From a bacterium BMS3Abin06 (GTDB taxonomy: Bacteria; Nitrospirota; Thermodesulfovibrionia; UBA6902), in NCBI GenBank assembly GCA_002897895.1, contig BDSY01000027.1, positions 4,644 through 68,643 of the forward strand: DNA of 64,000 bases. The letters run 5' to 3'. Positions 37,589 to 45,434 of this stretch are shown here, piece after piece (position 1 is the first letter of the stretch; the number at the start of each line of letters is the position of its first letter). The position numbers and the translations under genes are program-made. A model generated the notes under the pieces. That model ran no database searches, was not told the DNA's origin, and was given only the letters and a program-made list of their open reading frames with translations.

Positions 37589-37731
37589 TCAGTAAGTATT
37601 CTGTGAAGTATTTTATTTTTTAATTACCATTCTATTTTTTCCAAAAAAGCGCTTTCATCCAGCGTATCCTCAAATATATCTTTTCTAAAAAAAATTTTAC
37701 ACTTCCGGTAAAGCTTTTGTATCAAAGCGGC

Positions 37732-37758
37732 TAAAGATTTCTAAAAAAAATCCGATAA
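37732..37758 (+). promoter_or_regulatory. Sigma28 (FliA/SigD) promoter of fliC
   Basis: TAAA-N15-TCCGATAA. Confidence 0.85.
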
Positions 37759-37903
37759 GAGAGTCGAATGAACGAAAGGTGACGGTCCGGAAAGGGGTGA
37801 TGAATGCTGACTGAGCTGGAAACGCAGAAAGAAGGCATGAACAGTTCAGTTAATGTGACCTAACCCTTCTGAAATGTAAAAGCAAGCTTTAGCTTGCAAA
37901 AAA

Positions 37904-37972
37904 CAGGCAAGGAAGCCTGAAAAGTCAAAGGCCGGAAAAAATGGCTGATGATGGAACAAACTTCAAGGAGGA
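37904..37972 (+). promoter_or_regulatory. Putative CsrA-binding GGA hairpins in the fliC leader
   Basis: CAGGC-AAGGAA-GCCTG hairpin with GGA in the loop (37904-37919); further GGA motifs up to the AAGGAGG SD. Confidence 0.55.
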
Positions 37973-37978
37973 AAGACT

Positions 37979-39850
37979 ATGAGTTTAGTTGTTAACACTA
38001 ATATGGCCTCTCTCAACTCGCAGAGACAGTTGGGGAGAACCAGCAGCAAGCTGTCCAAATCTATCGAGAGACTCTCTTCAGGTCTGAGAATTAACTCGGC
38101 GTCAGATGACGCTGCGGGTATGGCGATTGCTTCAAAAATGGGCGCTCAGGTCAGGGGTCTCAATCAGGCAGTAAGAAACGCGAACAATGCAATTACTCTT
38201 ACGCAGACCGCTGAAGGTGGATTAGACACGGTTACGAACATGCTTCAAAGGTTGAGGGAGCTTGCGGTACAGTCATCTTCAGATGACAATACCTCTTCCG
38301 ACCGCACAACCCTGGTAAGTGAGGCTGACAACCTCATTTCAGAGATGACAAGGCTGGTTAACACAACAGAGTATAACACCATGGGGCTTCTGGATGGGTC
38401 ATTCAGCAGTAAATATTTCCAGGTCGGCGCTAACTACGGACAGAAAGTTACATTTACTATAAGCGATTCCCGTGGTAAATCCATTGGTGGCAGAGCACAG
38501 TATGATGCTGATATTGCTGACGGTGTATTAAACGCTGAAAATGGTAATTTCGGTTCCAGCGAATTGAAAATTAACGGTTACGGCGTTAAAGCCACGAGTT
38601 CTTCTGATGACCAGTATTCTGTAATGGAAGTAATGTCAACCAGTTTATCGAATTATGCAACGGATGGAGCATTGTCTAATGTTTCCGGTACTTACACAAT
38701 GATGATAAACAACACTACTGTAAATCTTATTACGATTGCCAGTGGTACAGCTCTTACGGCAGCATCCATAGTAGACACGATTGTCAGCGCCATTAACGCG
38801 GCCTCAATAACCAATGTTTCCGCTTTCACAGTAGGCAGCACATGGGGAATAAGGGCTACTAACGGTGCAGACCTTGAGTTGACAACATCCAATGTTGCAA
38901 CCGGTGGCGCAGCATCAACTGCTGCTCTTGCTTTAACTACACTTGGAATGAACGCTGTAGCCTCAATGTTCGGTTCCGTTGTTGCTTCCGGAAGTGACAT
39001 ACTGAATGCTAACGGACAATCCAGCGCCATTGCAAAAGCTGCTGCTATAAATGAGATTAAAGCTAGTTCCGGTGTTACAGCGAATGCACAGGCAAACACT
39101 ATTACCGGGACTGCTGCTATTTCAGCAGGCTCTATCACCTCAGGCTCTGTTTATATCAATGGAGTGAATCTGGGAGCTGTAACAGTAACTGCAAGTGATG
39201 GGACGGGCGCGCTTGTAAGCGCTATCAATGATATAACATCCTCGACGGGTGTTACAGCTACCACGGATGGAGATAATAAGCTCGTTCTCACGGCAGCTGA
39301 CGGCAGAAACATTTCACTAACTGTTTCAGACACAGAGGAAACAGGTATCCTTGAACTCGGAGAAACTGCTCAGTGGACTAATAATACTGCTGTCTTCAGG
39401 TCTGCTGTAAGGTTAACGAGCGAAAGTGATATTGCATTGACCGGAACTCTCGAGGATCTTTATGAGTCTTCTTCTTCTGCTCCTGCCACTAACACAACTG
39501 ATACCAGTAAAACTGTTGCTACGGACGGAACAACATATAATGTTGCTGCAGTAGCAGTAGACACCCAGGCCAATGCAGAGGCGGCAATCCTCACTATTGA
39601 CGCAGCGCTTAACGATATTAACGGCATCAGGGCTGAGATCGGCGCTGTGCAGAACAGGCTTGAGTTTACAGTGGCCAACCTGGAGATCTCATCCGAAAAC
39701 ATGAGCGCGGCTAAAAGCCAGATCATGGATGCTGACTTTGCTTCTGAGACAGCGATATTCACAAGGAACCAGATAATGGTGCAGGCGGCTACCGCTATAC
39801 TGGCACAGGCCAATACACTGCCGCAGTTAGCACTGCAACTGCTTGGATAG
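37979..39850 (+). CDS. fliC: Flagellin
   Basis: VNTNMASLNSQRQL, LSSGLRINSASDDAAG, QVGAN, GAVQNRLE, S.IMDADFA, AQANTLPQLALQLLG. Confidence 0.98.
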   Translation: MSLVVNTNMASLNSQRQLGRTSSKLSKSIERLSSGLRINSASDDAAGMAIASKMGAQVRGLNQAVRNANNAITLTQTAEGGLDTVTNMLQRLRELAVQSSSDDNTSSDRTTLVSEADNLISEMTRLVNTTEYNTMGLLDGSFSSKYFQVGANYGQKVTFTISDSRGKSIGGRAQYDADIADGVLNAENGNFGSSELKINGYGVKATSSSDDQYSVMEVMSTSLSNYATDGALSNVSGTYTMMINNTTVNLITIASGTALTAASIVDTIVSAINAASITNVSAFTVGSTWGIRATNGADLELTTSNVATGGAASTAALALTTLGMNAVASMFGSVVASGSDILNANGQSSAIAKAAAINEIKASSGVTANAQANTITGTAAISAGSITSGSVYINGVNLGAVTVTASDGTGALVSAINDITSSTGVTATTDGDNKLVLTAADGRNISLTVSDTEETGILELGETAQWTNNTAVFRSAVRLTSESDIALTGTLEDLYESSSSAPATNTTDTSKTVATDGTTYNVAAVAVDTQANAEAAILTIDAALNDINGIRAEIGAVQNRLEFTVANLEISSENMSAAKSQIMDADFASETAIFTRNQIMVQAATAILAQANTLPQLALQLLG

Positions 39851-39867
39851 TAGAATGCAAGAGTATT

Positions 39868-39901
39868 TTGGACAGGGGGGCCTTACGGCTTCCCTGTCCA
39901 A
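39868..39901 (+). terminator. 15-bp hairpin after fliC (terminator or mRNA-stabilising stem; no U-tract)
   Basis: ttggacaggg-gg-gcc-ttac-ggc-tt-ccctgtccaa. Confidence 0.55.
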
Positions 39902-39942
39902 TCTCTATCTTACGATAGGGGAGGATAGGGGGAAAGATAAAT

Positions 39943-40335
39943 ATGGAAGTAAATAACATCAATCCTGTAAAAATAAAACCTGATCGCCCGGAACCGCTGG
40001 TATCGATTGCCAACACCAGGAAAGTAAAGCAAGAAAGCAGAGAGACAACTGTTACTAATGAAAGATCTGCTACTGTATCAAAGACTGATCTTGAGAGGGC
40101 AGTGGAGAGTGCCAATGAAACAGGGCAACTTTTAAAACGAAAATTAAACTTTTCTGTAGATGAGGCAACGGAGAAGCTTGTTGTTAAGGTGATTGATGAA
40201 GAATCCGGCGAAGTTGTGAGGCAGATTCCAGCAAATGAAATGTTGCGAATAGCAGCGCATCTTAAACAATTTCAGGAAATGAATGACAGGGTAATGAGTG
40301 CAGTGAAGTCAATTATTCTGGACGTGAGATACTGA
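39943..40335 (+). CDS. flaG: Flagellar protein FlaG
   Basis: LNFSVDEATEKLVVKVIDEESGEVVRQIP. Confidence 0.93.
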   Translation: MEVNNINPVKIKPDRPEPLVSIANTRKVKQESRETTVTNERSATVSKTDLERAVESANETGQLLKRKLNFSVDEATEKLVVKVIDEESGEVVRQIPANEMLRIAAHLKQFQEMNDRVMSAVKSIILDVRY

Positions 40336-40521
40336 TTTTTCAGATTTTTTTTATTTCCTCGCAAAAGTCGCCTGTTTGTTATCCTGAATCCGCCGGAATC
40401 TCCTTTAGAATCGATCCCGATGACCCCGGGTTCCAATATTTTATAACCAATTGATTTATCGGGGTTCTGAAACAAGATCAGAATAACACCCGACATGTTT
40501 TTAAGATTTTTTAAGAGCCTC

Positions 40522-40549
40522 TAAAGTTTTAATTTGCTTATACCGATAA
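40522..40549 (+). promoter_or_regulatory. Sigma28 promoter of fliD
   Basis: TAAAGTTT-N12-ACCGATAA. Confidence 0.75.
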
Positions 40550-40601
40550 GATATTCAGGCATATTAATAAGTGAAAGCCATTATAAAAAACGGGGAGGTT
40601 A

Positions 40602-42926
40602 ATGATGATTTCGGGTATTGCATCAAGCGGTCTGATATCGGGTCTCGACGTCTATGGACTCGTGGATCAGATACTGGAGATTGATCGAAGGCCGATTACA
40701 GTACTTCAGTCAAGACAGAGTGACTATGAACTGGAGATCGCTGCAGTCCTCAATCTTTCAACAAAGCTGTCATCATACAAGACTTCCCTGGAGACGCTGA
40801 ATGACAGCGAGAAATACAATACAAAGTCGGCATCTGTTACCAAAACCTCAAGCGGCTCGGAACTCCTTACCGTGTCTGCCTCCAGTACGGCAACGGGAGG
40901 GAGTTATTCTATCAACGTAAACCAGCTTGCTGCAGCCAACAGAAAGGCTTCGCAGGGGTGGGTTGATCAAAATTCAACAGCCATTGCTTCTTCTACGGGG
41001 AGTTTTAAATTCAAGGTCGGCAACAGCGGTGCGGTTACAAGTATCGGCATTACGAGCACAACAACCCTGCAGGGTCTGAGGGATGATATTAACTCTGCTA
41101 ACGCGGGAGTGACGGCATCTATTATCAATGACGGGACTGGTTCAAACAAATACAGGCTTACTTTAACTGCGGACAATACAGGTTCATCCAATACCGTATA
41201 TATAACCCAGAATGATACCAACCTTGATTTTTCAAACAAGAAGGTAGAGGCTGGTTATGCGTATACGGACAATACTTATTCAGGAACATTCGCATCAAAT
41301 GAAGGCAATAATTATACCGGAACTACAAACAAGACATATCTGATAGCGGCAGTCTCAGCCGGGGCATCAGGGACAGCGACATATAAATATTCCGTAGACG
41401 GCGGTATAACCTGGCTGGGTTATGGCGGGGCCACGTATGATTCGACAGCGACCGATGATACAAGCGGCGGCGCGATAACTACAAGCGCTTCACTGAAGGC
41501 AATTGATGGAGCAGGCACTAGTAATGAGGGCGTCCAGGCTTCTTTTTCATCCGGCAGCGACCTTGCTTCAGGAGATAAATTCAGTATAGATGTATTCAAT
41601 CCCGAAATGCAGGAGGCAAAGGACGCTGTTATAGAGATTGATAATGCAACCATAGTTAAAAGCACGAATACCATAACCGACGCAATTCCGGGTATAACAA
41701 TGAACCTCCTTAAGGCGGACACATCCTCGACACTGACATTAACGGTTTCATCAAGCAGTTCATCAGCAAAAAGCTCCATAGAAAGTTTTGTTGATTCATA
41801 TAATGATCTGTTTGAATTCATAAGTGACCAGTTAAGTTATGATCCTGATGAGGGAGAGGCAAATCCCCTGCTTGGGGACCCGACATTGCTTGAGATAAGG
41901 AGGAAGATCGCTGATGCTGTGACAGGTATAGTACCTGGCCTTTCCACGAATTCGTATACAAACCTGTCTCAGATAGGGATCACATCCGATTATCAGACAG
42001 GACAGTTATCCATAGACGATACAATACTTGACAATGTTTTAAGCGCAAACCCTGATGATGTTGCAAAGTTGTTTATAGGAACCGCGACTCCTACCAACCA
42101 GGCCATAACATTTGAGAGTAAAACCTCAAAAACACAGGCAGGCACCTATAGCATATCTATTGCTACTGCGCCGGAGCAGGCAACACTCACAAGTGACAAC
42201 GACCTCTCATCTACCGGCTTAGGGAGTGATGAGGTTTTGACATTCAAGTACTCGGACAACTACACACAAACCGACGCCACTACTACTGCGTTTTCAGTTA
42301 CACTGACTTCAGGCTCAACAATAAACACTATAGTCACTTCGCTTAACAGTGAATTTGCCACTCAGGGTGTAGGGCTTACCGCTTCAAACAGCAGCGGCAA
42401 GCTGAAGATTACATCTACCGGTTATGGAAAGGATTTCTGGTTCAAGGTGACTACCGATCAGGGCAATGCAACCAATCAACTGTGGGATACATCCGGTTCA
42501 AGGGAGGATGACGGTGTGGATATAGCCGGAACTATAAATAATCATGTGGCCACAGGGGAAGGAAATGTCCTTACCGCTGCATCGGGCTTTTCCGAAGAGG
42601 GTCTCAAGATAAGCACAACATCAAACCAGACCGGCCTGTTCGGGACAATAACGGTTTCATTAGGAATGGCAGACCGTCTTCCATCAACGCTGGATTACTA
42701 TACAGATTCAGAATCGGGGATATTAAAATCAAAAGAATCTTCCCTGCAGGATTCAATTGATGATATAGAATCCCGGATAGAGACGATGGAAAAGAGGCTT
42801 GAGGGTAAAGAGGAAAGGCTGCTTGCAGAGTTCACAAGACTCGAGGTGATGCTCGCAAAGTATGATTCATTATCCCAGTATCTCACTGCTTCATTAGATG
42901 CATTACCAAGAATCGGTGAATATTAA
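40602..42926 (+). CDS. fliD: Flagellar filament cap protein FliD (long, 774 aa)
   Basis: SGLISGLDV, QEAKDAVI, SNTITDAIPGITMNL, FTRLEVML. Confidence 0.95.
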   Translation: MMISGIASSGLISGLDVYGLVDQILEIDRRPITVLQSRQSDYELEIAAVLNLSTKLSSYKTSLETLNDSEKYNTKSASVTKTSSGSELLTVSASSTATGGSYSINVNQLAAANRKASQGWVDQNSTAIASSTGSFKFKVGNSGAVTSIGITSTTTLQGLRDDINSANAGVTASIINDGTGSNKYRLTLTADNTGSSNTVYITQNDTNLDFSNKKVEAGYAYTDNTYSGTFASNEGNNYTGTTNKTYLIAAVSAGASGTATYKYSVDGGITWLGYGGATYDSTATDDTSGGAITTSASLKAIDGAGTSNEGVQASFSSGSDLASGDKFSIDVFNPEMQEAKDAVIEIDNATIVKSTNTITDAIPGITMNLLKADTSSTLTLTVSSSSSSAKSSIESFVDSYNDLFEFISDQLSYDPDEGEANPLLGDPTLLEIRRKIADAVTGIVPGLSTNSYTNLSQIGITSDYQTGQLSIDDTILDNVLSANPDDVAKLFIGTATPTNQAITFESKTSKTQAGTYSISIATAPEQATLTSDNDLSSTGLGSDEVLTFKYSDNYTQTDATTTAFSVTLTSGSTINTIVTSLNSEFATQGVGLTASNSSGKLKITSTGYGKDFWFKVTTDQGNATNQLWDTSGSREDDGVDIAGTINNHVATGEGNVLTAASGFSEEGLKISTTSNQTGLFGTITVSLGMADRLPSTLDYYTDSESGILKSKESSLQDSIDDIESRIETMEKRLEGKEERLLAEFTRLEVMLAKYDSLSQYLTASLDALPRIGEY

Positions 42927-43002
42927 ATAACAATTAGGCCGGAAATAATAATAGAAGAGACTGCCGCAAACTTCAAGTGATTAATTAGGAGGATATTGAA
43001 AT

Positions 43003-43479
43003 ATGTCGAATACCAGTTTATCACGGTACAGAGAAAGCCAGATCACAGCTACTCCGCCTGAAAAAACAGTTCTCATGTTATATGATGGTGCAATACGCTT
43101 TCTCGAGTCGGCTATGAAAGAACTCGAAGAAAATAATAATATGCCGGAAAAGTCCAGGTTAGTAGAAAAAACAGTAAAAATTATAGATCACCTTCAGTCA
43201 TGTCTTGATCAGGAAAAAGGTGGTGTTATTGCCGGGAATCTCAACAAACTCTATGATTATATGTCGATTAAACTGACTGAAGCCAATCTCAGGAATGATA
43301 TCCCCAAGATGGGAGAAGTTCTGAATCTTTTGCTGACAATCAGAGATGGCTGGAAAGATATTTGTGATAAAAGCACCGGCAATGATAACAGTAACACAAA
43401 CTATATCCATCCGTCGGCTGATTCCGGCTTTGATGCAGCAGAATCCCGGCCGGAAAGAAAAGTCGGGGTGAAAGTATGA
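43003..43479 (+). CDS. fliS: Flagellin chaperone FliS
   Basis: TATPPEK.VLMLYDGAIRFL, NL.KLYDYM, IRDGW. Confidence 0.93.
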   Translation: MSNTSLSRYRESQITATPPEKTVLMLYDGAIRFLESAMKELEENNNMPEKSRLVEKTVKIIDHLQSCLDQEKGGVIAGNLNKLYDYMSIKLTEANLRNDIPKMGEVLNLLLTIRDGWKDICDKSTGNDNSNTNYIHPSADSGFDAAESRPERKVGVKV

Positions 43480-43522
43480 TTGCCGGTATGAGTATCGGCG
43501 GCTTACGGAAAGGGAGGAGATA

Positions 43523-43864
43523 ATGAAAACAGATGCAAATAAATTAATTGCATTATACAAAAAAATGCTCGACATTGCTGCGAAAGAGCAAAAAGAGATA
43601 GCAGAAAATAATCTCGACAAAATAGAGCACTACTGTTCACTTAAAATTGATATTATAAGAGAGATAGATGAGATAAATAATGGTGAATCACTGACCTACT
43701 GTTCTGAAAAAAACGATGAACTTGCGTTACTTATAAAACAGATCATTGTTATCAACAAAGCCAATGCCGAGGCTCTCAGTAAAAAAAGAAATGAGATTAT
43801 GAGTGAGTTATCTACCGTTCAAAGAAGAAAAACAGCTTTCAGGGCATATGAAACATGTGCTTAA
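43523..43864 (+). CDS. Helical protein, probable FliT/FlgN-like chaperone
   Basis: 113 aa amphipathic helices; position after fliS. Confidence 0.55.
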   Translation: MKTDANKLIALYKKMLDIAAKEQKEIAENNLDKIEHYCSLKIDIIREIDEINNGESLTYCSEKNDELALLIKQIIVINKANAEALSKKRNEIMSELSTVQRRKTAFRAYETCA

Positions 43865-43866
43865 AA

Positions 43867-43905
43867 ACTCAGGGGCAAAGTAGCAGAGGCACAAAGGCAC
43901 AAAGT
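43867..43905. repeat. GGCACAAA-type half element
   Basis: actcaggggcaaagtagcagaggcacaaaggcacaaagt. Confidence 0.65.
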
Positions 43906-43924
43906 TTAAAAGCAACATTAAACC

Positions 43925-45220
43925 TTACAGGTCTACTTCCGGCATTTTCAGGGCTTTATTCCTGTAGCTGAGATTTGCTCCTATTCGTGTGATGAGATTT
44001 CCCGGACTTCTCAGACATCGTTTTAACATGTTCTTTAATGTATAAGTTTTGCGATACACCCACCAGTAGCCCCGCTGAAGCTCATCAGCAGTCATGTTTT
44101 CAGGTTTGAATATAACTTCACCTGTATGGTATTTTGACCAGTCCCTGTCTGTTATCCTTCCTTCTTGTTCCATGGCTCTATAGAGTTCCGTGCCTGGAAA
44201 GGGTGTTAGTATATGGAACTGTGCTGCGTCGATATTATTTTCCATAATAAAATCAAATGTCTTTTGAAATACTGCGGGGTTATCCTCGTCAAGCCCGAAA
44301 ATGAAACTGCCTATTATATTAATGCCGGCTTTATGTATCTTTTTTATTGCCTCTTTATACGCATTCGGGGAGTTCCATGATTTGTTCATCTTCCTGAGAT
44401 TGCTTTCCGAAAGTGTCTCAAAGCCGATAAATGCATATCTTCCCCCGCTCCTTGCGTATAATGAAAGAAGCTCTTCATCGTTTGCGAAGTTTATGGTAGT
44501 TTGTCCACCCCAGATACGCTTCAGGGGTATCAGCTCTTTAAAAAGCTCCCTGGCGTATTTTGGCTGACCGGTGATATTATCATCAACGAAAAAAAAGTCC
44601 TTAGTATCGAATCCCCTGATCTCATCAATAACTTCGGCTATCGGTCTTGTCCTGTACTTGTTGCCGAAAAAAGCCGTGACCGCGCAATATTCACACTTGA
44701 ATGGACAGCCTCGGGTAGCTTGCAAAGAATTGAAAGATGAATACATGTTCCTGTCCAGAAGGTCTCTGCGTGAAACAGCCATGCCGGTCATTTCAATTAA
44801 TTCATCTGAACGGTAGACCTGTTTTAATTCTCCCTTTTCACAATCGCTCAGCAGCTTTTCCCACACGCCTTCAGCTTCACCGACTACCACGCTGTCAGCA
44901 TGTTGAAGTGCTTCTTCCGGCAGGGCAGAGACATGAATACCGCCCATGACCACTTTTATGCCTTTATTCCTGAAGCCGTCTGCTAATTTATAAGCGCCGG
45001 GTATTTCAGCGGTAAATGCTGTAATTCCCACGAGATCAACTTTTTTATCAAAATCTACTGGTGTGGTCCGGGCATCAAGGATTTCTATATCCCAGTCTGA
45101 CGGGGTCAGGGCGGCAACAGCAGGAAGGCTCAGACGTACAAAACCGGCCTTTCCGTTTTTTGAAACCTTTCCCCAGTAACCCCGTTTGCTACGGGGCAGA
45201 ATCAGAAGCAGTTTTTTCAA
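43925..45220 (-). CDS. Cobalamin-binding radical SAM protein
   Basis: MGGIHVS, GEAEG, TRGCPFKCEYC, FVDDNI, IGFET. Confidence 0.9.
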   Translation of the reverse strand: MKKLLLILPRSKRGYWGKVSKNGKAGFVRLSLPAVAALTPSDWDIEILDARTTPVDFDKKVDLVGITAFTAEIPGAYKLADGFRNKGIKVVMGGIHVSALPEEALQHADSVVVGEAEGVWEKLLSDCEKGELKQVYRSDELIEMTGMAVSRRDLLDRNMYSSFNSLQATRGCPFKCEYCAVTAFFGNKYRTRPIAEVIDEIRGFDTKDFFFVDDNITGQPKYARELFKELIPLKRIWGGQTTINFANDEELLSLYARSGGRYAFIGFETLSESNLRKMNKSWNSPNAYKEAIKKIHKAGINIIGSFIFGLDEDNPAVFQKTFDFIMENNIDAAQFHILTPFPGTELYRAMEQEGRITDRDWSKYHTGEVIFKPENMTADELQRGYWWVYRKTYTLKNMLKRCLRSPGNLITRIGANLSYRNKALKMPEVDL

Positions 45221-45357
45221 TGAATGTTCCTCCGTGAAGAGATGGCTTATAGCATTATTGCAGTTAAAGGCGTATAATTCATTTGCCTGATTTGCTTGAT
45301 AACGTTGTGTTGCAAGGATAAAATAAAAACTGATAAAATGTCAAAATCCTTTTCCGG

Positions 45358-45387
45358 TTGACAATTACCGGTAATTAGACATAAATT
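45358..45387 (+). promoter_or_regulatory. Putative sigma70 promoter of valS with a 14-bp palindrome in the spacer
   Basis: TTGACA-N18-TAAATT; aattaccggtaatt at 45363-45376. Confidence 0.4.
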
Positions 45388-45434
45388 ATTCTGGTTTAAA
45401 ATTTTATGTGGATCCTTGATCCCCTGACGAAAAA

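Noticed and set aside
37765-37870. Known c-di-GMP-I/II riboswitch or box C/D kink-turn in the fliC leader
   Set aside because: Consensus elements match only partly by eye; kept only as an unassigned structured leader
40444-40456. IHF consensus (AATCAA-N4-TTA on the minus strand) upstream of the fliD promoter
   Set aside because: Short degenerate motif expected by chance in AT-rich DNA
41391-41414. Asp-box (SVDGGITW) in FliD suggesting sialidase activity
   Set aside because: A single structural beta-hairpin motif, with no repeats or catalytic residues
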